Positions 1-12,056 are shown, counted from the first letter of the stretch. The stretch is DNA of 64,000 nt from Zygnema circumcarinatum SAG 698-1b (GCA_037447605.1 CM074817.1:1550001-1614000), one strand, 5' to 3'. The notes: generated by a model not told the origin, from the sequence alone. Translations and numbers: made by a program.

Positions 1-249
1 AGCGAGAGAGGGAGAGCACAATTGCTCTATTTTCTGCCCCTATTGCACCTTTTTGACCCCCCCTTGTTCTATCTTCGTCCCTTTTTCTATGTCATTTCCT
101 TGTGGAGTTTTCGGTTTATTCTCGACAGAAGTCTTCAAAATCGGTTGAAATCGAGCAATTAAGCTGAGCTTCAGAGGTCGAGTCTGATATTCAACGCCCT
201 GCAGCAGCCATGTTTTAACGATCTGAATTTGTTTGTGTTCTGGCTGCAG

Positions 250-619
250 ATGGTTGAGAATATGAGCATTGATCGTCAGAAAGACGGTCAAGTTTCTGTG
301 CTCGTTGATGTGAAAGAGAGAGAGGAGGTAGATGATGACGCTTTGGATGACTTAATTGAAAGGCTGAATTCGAGGGGCACCACATTGCTCGTGAAGGTGC
401 TCAAACCTCCCATGCTTTGTCTTCTGCACAACTATTAGCTTACGCTAATATCTTTTAAATCAACCTTCAGTAGCATGGAGTTAGACTTTCAGTTAAGCTT
501 TTCATAATTGATTTAGTTTATTCATTTCATTGTCAAACAACAAATTCATTATATAGCCCTCTCTCTCTGTTACTTTCCCTCTACCCCCCCTTCCCTCTCT
601 CCCTCTCCCTCCCTCCCTC

Positions 620-650
<31 letters not shown>

Positions 651-1142
651 CTCTCTCTCTTCCCCCCTCTATCTATTATTAAACCTCTGCCAATTCAATA
701 ATATTCGTGAAAAAAAATGTTTAGGACGTGACAGGTGAGAATTCATGTCCAACAACATTCATGTTCATGTTGAACAGTCTAACTGACAACATGAAGTTGG
801 TTTGACGGATTCGATTCTTCATGGAAAAGCTGAAATTAGTCGTATGTGATGCGTTCAAGAACATCACAATGAGCCAGGTCAAAAAATGCCAATTTTATTC
901 CATATTCATTTGTTTCTCATTAAATTTCTCATGTCCTTTGTCCTTGGTTCTACTTTGTAGTCCTTAAGGCCTCAAGCAGAATCCATTTTCAAGAGACAGT
1001 CTTGCAAGCTCTTATGTCAGCCATTGCTGTGACTGCAGCTGCCTTGGCATGGAGAAGAGGACGCGATTCCCCTCCCCCAAGGCTGCGGAAAAGTAGTGAG
1101 CGCCGCTCTCCTTGCAACTCTCCTGCTTTGAGCACCCTCTGA
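250..1142 (+). CDS. 5'-incomplete spliced gene of unknown function with a hydrophobic C-terminal helix. Exons 250-396, 725-734 (10-nt micro-exon), 797-841, 961-1142.
   Basis: All junctions are GT-AG and phase-compatible, giving the open frame MVENMSIDRQKDGQVSVLVD...TTLLVK|DVTV|GLTDSILHGKAEISL|LKASSRIHFQETVLQALMSAIAVTAAALAWRR...STL*. Family not recognised. Confidence 0.5.
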
Positions 1143-2832
1143 CCTACGGCAGTGAAATTTGTTCAATAGATGGATAACTGCACTTCCCCTTTGTCACTTT
1201 TACATTCTCCATTCCTTGCCAGCTTTCAGAAATGCTCTTTACCTGTTCTTCTCCATCTCTGGCAAATGGAATGCTTTCAACAGTACAGGCACATCTTAAT
1301 GGAACCATGGAACTTTGCAGGTATTGACTCTTGGAGAGGCTGGATACGGAGTTGGCAGCAACAATGCGAGCAGGGTGGATGTTGAAGCGAGCGCCATGTG
1401 GACGCCTATCTCTCAGAGAGTGGCAAATCTGCTCATCCATATTATTTTGGTGCTCGTATTTTGCGTTTTTATAACTTTATTTTGGCTGAACTACCAGAGG
1501 TTCAAGCTGGGACACGTCGACATAAGGAGCTTCCTGGATGTGCCGCCCGCAGAGCAGGACATGCCCTTGCTTTGAGAGTTCTGCAAGATGGTTTGGTGCC
1601 TTTAGGGGGGGGGGGAGACAGGGAGATTGTACATAACTAGCCTGAAAGTCTTGGGCTAACAGTGAAGTAGTTTGATTATTATTATTATTAGGGAGGTTGC
1701 CTTTTCGAATAAAGTGATAAGGAATGCATTGCTGTGCCTTGTTGCCTTCTTAAATATCTATTGGAGAGGCTGACTAGCATTGGTCCATGACGTGTCAACT
1801 CATGCCATGCCAGACATATACCCCTTAGGGTTGCGTGTTTTTGGTTCATTACCGAATTTGATTCTAGCTGTCCTTGACAGCGGGAATGCAGAAGTGAAGC
1901 AGCAAATTTGCGTTGGAGGAATCCCAAGCCCTTAGGGCGGATTGATGGGAACAAGGCTGCCCAGTCAGTGGCAATCTTTAGTAATGTCCGCTCTATTTAC
2001 CTCTCCGCCACAAGGCCTCCACCTGCTGTCAAATGGCCCAAGCCGTCACCCCAGCGAAGGAGGAAACGCTAAAGCAAAAGTAAAAGCAAAAGTTGTGGCG
2101 GTTGTGTAGTACGTTCATATGCTTAGGGAATTGAACTATAACGAGAAAAGACACTTTATTTTATTCACTCCCACGATATAGAAGGGTCTTCTTTAAAAGT
2201 TCTTCTCTGCCAAGTCCTTATACCAGTGAACGGGTACGAATCGAAACATTCGCCCTAAGTGAAGCAGTCGCCGCCTGCTGCAACCACTGACCGACCCCCC
2301 CTGCAGAACTTGAAATCCTAATGCGAAGGCTACTTGTGCTCGAGAAAGAGAGAGCGACGGTCAGCAGAGGAGGGCGGAAAGAGGAGGGAGGAGGGAGGGG
2401 GGGGAGGGCCTGGAACACAAGGAGAGAGAGAAAGAGAGAGAGAGAGAGAGACCGGTGCCTGTACTGCAGGCCGAAGTCCGCGAGCGAGAAACCACGAGTG
2501 GAAAGCTGCAAAGCGAGATAGTGACAGCACGGCGCCACGTGGCAACTTTTGTCTGTTTCTTGCCACGTCATTGCTGTGATACAAACGATCGTACGGCGCT
2601 AAGCGCACACCGCGCCTTCAAAACCCTAAAAGCCGTCTCATCTGACTGCTGGACTCGTTAGGGCGACGGTACCCCTGCCAGCCAGGATCCATTCACGACG
2701 TGCCACGTGACTTTGGATCCACGTGGTAATCTATGGTTGGTCCAGCTCAGACGCAGTACTGCTGACGGGGGCCCGCCCTTCCTAACCTCTGCACTTTGCC
2801 CACATCTCCCTCCCTCCCTCTCTCCGCCCGCC

Positions 2833-5800
2833 ATGGCGACGAGAGTGGCGAAGCTCTGCGCTGCCGCGCTGCGCCGGCAGCGGCCTCGCCCACAGGGGTC
2901 GAACGCTTCTTGCAGCTCCGGCTTCTTCTCTCTAATGCATAGAGAAATTTCAGATCCCTCTCGCTTGCCCTCTCCTCTCGCTCCCAAACTTTCTCCGATC
3001 CCTTCCTCTCAAGCCCTGCCACGTGTCAATCCTTCTCTCCACACCACCTCTGGTTTAGCTGCTTCACTTTGCCACGTCTCAGGACCTCGCAGGTCCAAGG
3101 GCTCTGTCGCAACAGAGGGTGCGAAGGGAAGCCACGAATCTGAAGCTTCTGATGGTAAAGGGGAGGCAATGGCGGGAAGTAAGGAGGCAGAGGAGCTTCC
3201 TGCAAAGGTTCTTGAAGAGTTGGCGAAGTCAACTGAGGAGTCTTTCGGCGAACATCAGTTCACTGCAAGCACACATTTGAATCTCGCGCATGCTTACTTC
3301 AGGGAGGGAGATGGTGGTGCTAAGGTTTTCGCAGCAGCTCAGAAAGCTTGGAAGGTACATATAACGTTGCAGATAGAGACTTTTTTCCTACGTATGTTTT
3401 GTTTATATTATCGTTTCTCAACTTCTTCCCATGGAAATGCTATCAGGGCACTCGGCGTTATATATTGATCGAGGTTAAAGTACTGAGGATGCAGTCGGTA
3501 TTTTCCATTTAGATCAAACTTCTTCTTTTTTGGTCTAGCAATTCACTTAAGCTAGCTGAATTTCTTTACTAAAACATGGTCAAGAATTCTATTTTTTTGT
3601 TGAGCGTAAGGTTTCGAAGTCAATTTGATGATTCAGAATTTCATGACAGCTGTTTTAATCACTGATTCCTTCAAGTATTTCCTGTTAATCTTGAAGTCAG
3701 CCAGGCCAGAGGTAGCATTACTGGGAGCGAATCGTTGAAATTGAAAAACATTCAGATTTGGTACCTCTCCTCAACTCTCTTCTTTCTCTCTCTCTTTCTC
3801 TCTTTCTCTCTAACCTTTTCCTCTCGTCCTTAGAGAAAGAACTTGCCCATTGTGAATCTATTCCCACCCTGGCCGAAAGCGCTTGTAGAGACCCCATTTC
3901 ACTCCTTTTTTTCGTTATACGTTATGGAAATTCGAAGTACTAACTAACAGCTCCATAATCTGGGCTAGGCAGTGACTGACCCTTCCATGTGTTGTGAGAG
4001 TGAGAACGACCGAAACTCTCTGGCGTTTCACAGATACCACATCCCTTTAGTTGTCCAAGCAGAACACATTCCGCTATGCTTATCAGAGTAGTCGTTGTAG
4101 TCAAAGACGGCTGCTAACATCCAGGTGAGAAGCCCCCGTCGCGGACGACGGGAGCTTCGCACCTCCTGTGTTGAATAGTCACTGAGAAAGTGTTTCACCA
4201 AAATTGGTTACTTACTATAATTTATGTTCGGTCTGCACTAAACTCGAATCTTTCTGAACACAATCCTCTATGCGAGCTGATGTAACCATAGTGGTGCCAC
4301 CATGAGATGCAGAGAAACTCACTTGATGATGAGGATTGAGGATGGGGAGATGATGATGGATGGGGTTGAGCATGGGGAGACAGTGGTTCGACGTTCACTC
4401 AAACTCAGATAGTCTGGAACGTATCATGTGCCTTCATATAATGGCTGCTGCAAAGATCAGGTACCACCATCTTTTGTTTTTCATTTTTCCATCGAAGCAC
4501 ACATATAGGGGTTCAAATTTTGCTCGGGAGTTGAGATTGATGGTTTCAAACTCGGAGTCACAACACCTGCACTCACTTCAAACCAGCCTCGAACTTGAGA
4601 CGCATTCTCATATCAAGATTATGGAGGCTATGCATGCAGGATGGGCCAATTCCCTGAAGCTCTGCCCCTGCTGGAGATGGCAAGCGGCCTCGCAGATGAA
4701 ACGAAAGGCGAAAAGTATGCCATGATGCTATTCGCGTCACATATGCTGACAGGGGACGCGTGGCAACTGTTGGGAGCACAACTTGATGCTCGGGAAGCTT
4801 TCGTGTAAGTGCAGATTTAAGAAGAAGGATCTGTTCTTTTCTCTTTGAAGGGGCGTAAACTCGCTGCAGGCTTTGTTGGTAAATTTAGAAACGTCAGTCC
4901 GTTGAAGTTTTGTGGTTTACCCTAGGCTTATTGATGTCTTAGACGTGTGAGGGCTTCAACCTCAACAAAAGTAGAGAAGTAAAGAGGACACGAACTGCCC
5001 CATTCAGCAATCTGGAATGGATTTGGTTGCGAGAAAGAATGCTGGCGATAGCTTGAAACACATCTTTGTTTCAAGGCAATGATGACATGTTGCCAGACGA
5101 GTAGGGTTTCAAGGTTGTTGTATTGTACCCGTTTTGGTCAGGAAGGCTCTCGCTGTCCAAGAGCGGCAGCTCGCCGCAGATGACCCGCGAATAGCGAACA
5201 CGTGTCGCCGTTTAGCAGATGCACATGCGCAGCTGATGGAGTTTGAGCAGGCGGAGCCGTTGGCAGTTCGGGCTCTCAACATTCACATGCAGATGGGGGA
5301 AGTGTCAATAGAGGAGGCTGTTGATAGGAGGTGAGCTTCATTCCTTTACCGTGCGTATTGTTGGAGCTTCAGAAATACATATGGTTTATTTGAAGAGACA
5401 TGCTCACAGTTGCATCTTTGCAGTATACTTCTATATTATGAATTTTAGAAGAACGATGCCCTCACTTCATCCACTCCTACATGTTATGTATCCCATTGAC
5501 ATGATAAGCCATCTTTTTCCACTAGTAATTTGTGCTACCTTGCCAGACTCCTTGCTGCCATCTATGCAGGTCTGGATGAACCCGAGCGAGCCTTGATGCA
5601 CTTAGAAGCTGCGAAGGGTGTTTTAGCAGAGAGAGGAGGGAGGCTGGATACTGCTCTCACAGAGGCAGCTATAGGAGACATGCTGGTCACCATGGAGAAA
5701 CCGGAGGAAGCCATGGCTGCTTTTGAGACAGCATTGCATGTCATGGTGGAGCTGCTGGGAGAGGAGCATCCCTCCGTGGCAGCTGTCTACGCATCTTCTG

Positions 5801-6832
5801 CAGATGCAAGTTTGAAGGCTGGCAAAGTCAAGGAGGCAGAGGTGAGAAATGTACATTTTTTTCTTTTGTCTTTGTTGTGATGTATCGATTCCACTTGATG
5901 AAGCACTGTTCCAGAAGCTGAAATCGAAATCGTATTCGAATGTGACAGGAGTTTTGCGAAAAATCCCTTCGCATCTACGAGAAGGGAGAAGGGGATGACC
6001 TCGTTGAGACTGCCAATGGCTTGACTGAGATTTCAGGAATTTATTCATCGCTAGGAAACTTAGGGAGGGCAATAGAGTTGCTCCGTCGGGCTTTGCTGCT
6101 TCGCCTTAGAGTTCCTGGCCAGCTATTTGCAGCTGCAGGTATTTGCCCTTACTATCGAACTTGCATGCACTACTGTGAAATATCCGCAAATGGAATATTT
6201 TCAATAAGAACCGCTGCTTAATGCGTTTGCTGTACTTTACAGGCACGGAGGCAAGCATGGCTGTACTGCTACTCTCAGCCGGCTTTAATAAGTTAGCTCT
6301 TGATGCTTTGCGGAGCTGCAAAGACAAGATGAAGGCGGCATGCGGTGAAGACCATCCCTTGATAGTTAGAGTCCTTTACTATGAGGCCTTGGCCCTGACA
6401 AGTGGTGGACTCGAACTCGGGTCAGAAGAGGAAGCACTTGAGCTTCTGAAGCAGGCAAGGGCGGTGTTGGAAAAGTCGAAACTTCAGGATGTTCCAGAGG
6501 CGGTGGATGTCTATTCGAGCCTCGCAGATCTACACGAGAAAGGCGGCAGGTGCGTATTTGGATCAGTGAAAATGATGTGTTTTTTGTAGACTACGATGTA
6601 TTGCACATTTGCATGTTTGTCCAATTGGTCGTTTTTCTCTTGGTGCAAAAGAAGGTAGTTCGTGTGCCGTGTGATAGGCGTGCAGGGAGGGGGGGGGAGG
6701 GGGGGCAGGTTGAGGGAGGCCGTGGAATGTCTGGGACGAGTTGTGGAGGGTAAAGAAGCGCTTTTGGGACGGCAGCATCCGGAGGTGGCAGCGTGCAAAA
6801 AGAGGCTCGCGGATGTTAGCAGTCGAATGTGA
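2833..6832 (+). CDS. Multi-exon TPR protein, kinesin-light-chain-related (KLCR-like), with an Arg/Ser/Ala-rich organellar presequence
   Basis: Exons encode MGQFPEALPLLE, ALAVQERQLAADDPRIANTCRRLADAHAQLMEFEQAEPL, ELLGEEHPSVAAVY and EALLGRQHPEVAACKKRLAD. These are KLC-type TPR repeats like plant KLCR proteins. Start MATRVAKLCAAALRRQR; stop TGA 6830-6832. Internal exons at 3.4-4.6 kb are not fully resolved. Confidence 0.8.
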
Positions 6833-7064
6833 TTGAGGCTTGTCTGGAACACCGGACTGCCAAGTCATTGTGATGTTCCGACACATAATGCAGGTGTTTG
6901 CAGTCGGGCATGGTTGGTCGACTGTGGTTTCAAATTCTTGTTTTGTGTTGTCCTATGTTGTGTTACGTTTTAAGTGGTGTCTGCTCTCTATCTTAGGCGT
7001 GAAGTGGATGCTTTGGGGGATGATCATGCGAATATATGTAGATGGTGGACCAGAGGCACGAATT

Positions 7065-7144
7065 GCATTCGAACTTAAGAAACTTCATAGTATTGAGCGA
7101 TGATTGACGAAGGTTTAAGGCCAGCAGGTATGCGCATAGGCATG
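7065..7144. repeat. Left arm of an 80-bp inverted repeat
   Basis: Reverse complement of 8009-8088 with 1 mismatch (79/80). Confidence 0.95.
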
Positions 7145-7430
7145 CATTGCAGGCCTGGTCCAAGCATTTTCGAAAAAACTTCAAGAATAATCCTAGAGGC
7201 TTGGGGTGGAATAACCCAAACAAGAAAAATAGTCAATCTTGTGCTTCAATATATGCTTCTGAACATAATTATGGCCATACTGGCTTTACGGAGACAACGG
7301 TTTAGGTAGATCCTTAGTACGACTTGGTCTACTCCTACATGCCCAGACGCCAATGATAATAGACTTGATAAAAAATGTACGCAACAGGATCCAAAATGGA
7401 GTGATCCAAAATCGCATTAAAAAATGGCCA
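7145..7430 (+). pseudogene. Decayed 3' end of a bacterial serine hydrolase/beta-lactamase-fold gene (Bacteroidota GH3-beta-lactamase fusion type)
   Basis: Reads RGLGWNNP...YGHTGFTETTV*VDP*YDLVY...PDANDNRL..IKNVRNRIQ, matching the recalled pattern RGLGWD...FGHTGFTGTxxWxDPxxxL...YPxxxNNxLxxxNxRxxIQ. In-frame TAG at 7303-7305 and 7315-7317, plus frameshifts. Confidence 0.7.
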
Positions 7431-7463
7431 ATGAACTTATGCACAATTCAATAACTACTCACT

Positions 7464-8010
7464 TTGTCGTTCACTAAACAGCAGCAGGCTTTGAATTTCA
7501 AAAAGACCCTTTCTAGTTGGCTAACTAATCGTTACCAACTCGTTATTCGCAATGAAGGAAATTTGGAGTTGAAATCAAGTTTCAGTTTCAGTTACGCTAA
7601 GCTCATTTCCTTAGGCGCTATGCTATTTATCATTTTAGTAGCGTGCAGTCTGACATTGGCTACAACTATCATGGCTAGGTGGCTAAATCCTACTTACATA
7701 GAGCAAGAAAATAAAAAATAAAATTATGCAACTTTCTTTTGCAGTAGATACACTCGAGGAACAAACCATCCAACAGAAATTTTTTATTACGCTCCTGCAG
7801 AACATTATTGCAGGCAATAATACACCTAGTAATGAGCTTCTCACAACTAATGACGAGCAAGCTGAGAAAATTCCTGCGCCTTTCTCATCAGAGCAACTTG
7901 CTAGCGCTGATGCGCTGCTTCGGGGTGAATTTGAGACTGACAAATTATCTCCTCTGTTGGCTAGCTATAACAAGCCTGTTAATGACTTGCAAGAGCTCTT
8001 TTTCTTTCCA
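7464..8010 (+). pseudogene. 5' half of a bacterial (Cytophagales-like) M23 family metallopeptidase gene, frameshifted and truncated
   Basis: KKTLSSWLTNRYQLVIRNEGNLELKSSFSFSYAKLI-TM-RWLNPTYIEQENKK, then stop/+1 shift at 7719-7722, then IMQLSFAVDTLEEQTIQQKFFITLLQNIIAG...LQELFFFP. This is the N-terminal TM/coiled-coil typical of Cytophagales M23 proteins. Intronless, AT-rich, and cut off before the catalytic domain. Confidence 0.75.
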
Positions 8011-8088
8011 TGCCTATGCGCATACCTGCTGGCCTTAAACCTTCGTCAATCATCGCTCAATACTATGGAGTTTCTTAAGTTCGAATGC
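8009..8088. repeat. Right arm of the 80-bp inverted repeat
   Basis: Reverse complement of 7065-7144 with 1 mismatch. Confidence 0.95.
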
Positions 8089-9218
8089 GAACATGCCGAG
8101 TGCCACCCCGACCCATGCATGCATGCCAATTTCCCATCGCTAGGTTCGCGGCATCCCATGCCAACAGCCCATGTTCACGTTCTATGTTGAACTCAAACAG
8201 TTCCCGTTTGCTTGACCGTTAGATCTATGATAAATCTATTTGCCGTTTGCGCATAGAACCGTCGCCATAAATGCCGACACGTGCGGCGTGCGCGGAGCGC
8301 CTACCGCGGCGCTGATTGGGCCGTGGCCACAGAGCCTGTGTAAACAGTGCCAGCTCGGACTCGCCTGCCAACGTGGCACATCTCCACGTGGCAGCTTCTC
8401 GATCACAAGCTTCACCGGGCGGTGCGGAGCGGTCGACCTCTCTCGGTCGACCTCTCTATAGGTCGGTGCCGTACGATGCCAGGCATAGCGCGGGCGGGGG
8501 CGGCCGTGCAGCCCTCTGATTGGTCCGTTATCGTGACGGCGGCGGCCGCTATTGGGCGACGACAAGCGTTTTATTTGTCGTTATGTGCTGTTTCTTTCGG
8601 CTGCAGAATCTCTAGGAGAAAGCCCTGTACGGCCGCCGGCCCCTACTGGGCCACGTCATGATCGTGGCCGGATTTTTTTCACGGGCAGTCTGGGCATGGC
8701 AATAAAAAAAATCTTTTTTCGGCTCTGGGCTTTTTGTGCAACTGTTCCACCGCCGGTTTCCAAGAAATAGTTTTTTTCTGGCTGACCGGCACGGGTGCGT
8801 TGAGTTTTTTTCGCAGGCTTTATTCAAACGTTTTTTGTCATTTTTCTGTACGGCTGCCAGCAGAAACAAAAAAATTACAGCCCGTTGGCGGCAGATTTCG
8901 TCATTTAGCCAAACGACATGCAGGCAATCGTGCGCCGCCCTGTCCCATCCGAACGGCTCCTCCCGCCTAACCCTCATTGTGAGAATCCATACTTTCCACG
9001 TGGCACCGTACAACGTCCTCTCTCCGTACTGCGTACGTGTCGCTCAGGGATTCGTGGAGGTCGTCGCAAGGCACCAATGTGGTCGCGCCACGTGGTGCAG
9101 GGCACGAGGGCGGCCTGCAGGGGAGGGGGGGGGGTAAGGGGGGGGAGTTGCAGAAGAGCTCTTCTGCTTTGCGCTGCAGGCCGGCTGTGAGGGCAAATTA
9201 GGGTTTGCTCTGCAGGGG

Positions 9219-11258
9219 ATGGGGCTATGGGGGCGCATTCTGGAGGACGTGCCGTGGGCAGACATAGAGGAGACTTTCTCCTTCGGTCCGGAGATAGGGA
9301 GCGGCTCCCTTGGCGTTGTCAGGCTCTGCTATGAGAGGAGTTCAGGGGAAGTGTTCGCTTGCAAGAGCATTCAAAAATGCATACTGAGGGAGGATGAAAA
9401 CAGAGAGGACGTGCGGAGAGAGGTGCAGATAATGCGGCTGCTCTCGAGGGAGGCACACCCGCAGGTGGTGCAGCTGAAAACGGTGTTTGAAGACTCTGCA
9501 AGCCTACATTTGGTGATGGAGTATTGCCGCGGAGGTGAGCTATTTGCGGTTCTCGCAGAGAGAGGGAGCTTCACGGAGCCGGAGGCGGCGGACATATTCA
9601 GGCAGATAGTGAAGGGAGTGCAGTTCTGCCATTCTCAAGGGATTTTGCATCGTGATTTGAAGCCGGAAAACGTGCTGGTGACGGAATATATTTCTGGAGA
9701 GCTCGAGGATTTGAGTAGCCATGGCGCCTTCTTGCGAAATTTCAGCACGGGAAGCGCCAGTAGCTCAGGCACCTCAATCGCTGATTCAGAAGGCAGTCAC
9801 CGCGAAGCACGGAGCGTTTTATCGGAGCCTAACTCGTGGGAGAGGCTTGATAGTGACAACTGGCAGGGAGGGGGTCTTAGAGGGGAGGGTAGCATGGGAT
9901 GGGAGGTGAGAGGAGAGGTAGCGGGAGCAGCAGAGTTGGAAGAGGTGGGAGACCTTTCAACCTTGAATGTGGAAAACTGGGAGAGGGAGAGTGGCGGTGA
10001 AACTGATGAAGATATTAGCAATGCAAGCAAAAGCTGCCGAGACGAAATTAAGATACGAGTTAAGCTCGGAGATTTCGGCCTTGCGGTGTTCATGGATTTG
10101 GATGGAAAGTATCGCTCTTTAAGCAGCAAGGCCAGCGAGCTTCAGTGCCCTACTCCCCTTTACAGTGCCCCAGAGCTCGCGCTTGCTAGGGCGTATGGCA
10201 GGGAGGCGGATATGTGGAGTCTGGGAGTGATTCTCTACGCCCTTATTGGAGGGGAGCTGCCATTCAGAGGCTCAACGCAGAAGGAGTTGGACCGCTGCAT
10301 TCGAAGGAGGAGACTTAAGTTTTCAAGTGGTCCGTGGCTTTCAGTCTCTGACTCTGTAAAATCCTTAATCCGGAGGTTGCTTGATACAAACCCGCAGCGG
10401 CGGCCGCTTACTGCAGAAGTTCTCATACATCCATGGCTGCAGCAGGGGCAGCATTGGCATTCACGTAGCGACCGGAAACTCCTCGAGCGATCTAAATCTC
10501 TTGGAGCGAAAGTGCTGCCGAGACGAACAAACTTGGAGAGACTCTTTGCGTGGACTCCCGGGTCTTCTTCTACACCTAACAGCTGTGCAGGAACTCCAAA
10601 CCCTACGACGGCAAGGGCACAGGGGAACAATGCACCGCTGTTCTCACTTTTTTTGAAAACCTCAGGGAAGGAGACGAGAGCTATCTCTTCCGGTGAATTC
10701 TCTGCATCTCCAGTGATCGTTCCCGTTGTGTCCTCCAACTCAACTTCCCCCTCGCATACTCCTTCACCACAGTCTCCTCTCTCCCCCTTGTCTGCCCATT
10801 TTTCAGCGAGGGAGGCCCATCCACTACTGTTAGACCCTAGATGTAACCTTTCGGAGTACGAAGAATGCAAGAAATGCCCTGGTGGAGGGCCTAATTTTGG
10901 AACTACTAGCGTCTTAGTTAGCTCAGGCAAATGTCCATGTGCAGTGAGGACGGAGATTGCTCCCATTTGTGGAATGGTTGTTGAAGAGGGTGTGAGAGAG
11001 TTGAAATCGACGTGGACAGTGGAGGCAGCCACTCTGCTTTTCTGCGAGCCAAGTTTGACTTCGTGTGAGAGAGAAACGGAAAGTGGAGGAGTGTTTCTTG
11101 GCAAAAAGACCCTCAAGACTCTAAAGACCTTTAAATCATTTAAGTCTTTGAAGCCGGATCAAGTAGTCATGCAGGGATGGGTGCAGCAGGCTCGCCTTCT
11201 GAAGGAACGCCTGAGGTCATATTCTCTTCGCTCACTACCAACCGTTGAGGGAGGTTAA
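9219..11258 (+). CDS. Intronless CDPK/PEPRK-related Ser/Thr kinase (679 aa), no EF-hands, large insert between subdomains VIb and VII
   Basis: GSGSLG, FACKSI, REVQIM, LVMEYCRGGELF, HRDLKPEN, KLGDFG, YSAPE, DMWSLGVILY and GPWLSVSDSVKSLIRRLL in one uninterrupted ORF. Confidence 0.9.
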   Translation: MGLWGRILEDVPWADIEETFSFGPEIGSGSLGVVRLCYERSSGEVFACKSIQKCILREDENREDVRREVQIMRLLSREAHPQVVQLKTVFEDSASLHLVMEYCRGGELFAVLAERGSFTEPEAADIFRQIVKGVQFCHSQGILHRDLKPENVLVTEYISGELEDLSSHGAFLRNFSTGSASSSGTSIADSEGSHREARSVLSEPNSWERLDSDNWQGGGLRGEGSMGWEVRGEVAGAAELEEVGDLSTLNVENWERESGGETDEDISNASKSCRDEIKIRVKLGDFGLAVFMDLDGKYRSLSSKASELQCPTPLYSAPELALARAYGREADMWSLGVILYALIGGELPFRGSTQKELDRCIRRRRLKFSSGPWLSVSDSVKSLIRRLLDTNPQRRPLTAEVLIHPWLQQGQHWHSRSDRKLLERSKSLGAKVLPRRTNLERLFAWTPGSSSTPNSCAGTPNPTTARAQGNNAPLFSLFLKTSGKETRAISSGEFSASPVIVPVVSSNSTSPSHTPSPQSPLSPLSAHFSAREAHPLLLDPRCNLSEYEECKKCPGGGPNFGTTSVLVSSGKCPCAVRTEIAPICGMVVEEGVRELKSTWTVEAATLLFCEPSLTSCERETESGGVFLGKKTLKTLKTFKSFKSLKPDQVVMQGWVQQARLLKERLRSYSLRSLPTVEGG

Positions 11259-12056
11259 TTTCTGTTCTGGTTGGAGTATATGGAGGTAGGATAGAGGTAG
11301 AGATCACTCACTGAACGGTCAAGTTTGCAGTTGACTGCGCGAGTGGCATAGCACAGTCGTTTTGTCGAGTCGAAATAGGTCAGAAAAAGTGAAGTGCAGT
11401 CAATATTGCGACATGGAGACAAGGCAGAAGACTCAGAGAAGGAATAGTTGGCAGTAGAGAGGGGCGACCTGAACATCAGCTACGTCGATGGAGGAATAAA
11501 CGCTGCGGGATAGTTGAACTTTTGCTCAACCCCCATGGCATTTGCAAACACATCTTTTGGAAGTTGCACCCTGCAGAGAGGCAGGGTGAATAATGTTTGC
11601 AGGATGAAGGGCAGCTTCAAGCTTTCTGTGATTCGACCTATTGCAAGTAGAGCTCTTCGGTGAAGGTCAGTAGTGAATAGGTGTTTTAAGGTCAGTGGTG
11701 ACTAGGTTCTTTAGGGTTCAAGCGAAGGTCAGTTCAAGGAAAAGTGTTAGTTTCCAAGTAGGGAGGCTGGCAACCATTTCTCCTTGCTGCTTTAAGAGGC
11801 CACTCGCCAACTGAAGCAAGGATTTCTGGTGATAGCAAGAGCAGGTTCAGCTTTGTAAAGGATTCATTAGACAGAGTGAAGTATAGCTCAGATTGCGATT
11901 TTTTCTTATTCTCACACACTCATTATTAGACCTGCACCAACGCAGCAGCGATGCTCTGTTCCGTTGGGGAGCAATTTGTAAAATAGACATGAAGTGGGCG
12001 TCAAGAGCTAAAGCAGGACGTAAGGGATGATGAAAGGCCGGTGCAGTATGTGGCAA

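Noticed and set aside
1321-1575. Exon-like ORF with a TM segment (LLIHIILVLVFCVFITLFW)
   Set aside because: It could not be linked in frame to the upstream gene, which stops at 1142, and no family was recognised. It may be an alternative last exon or UTR.
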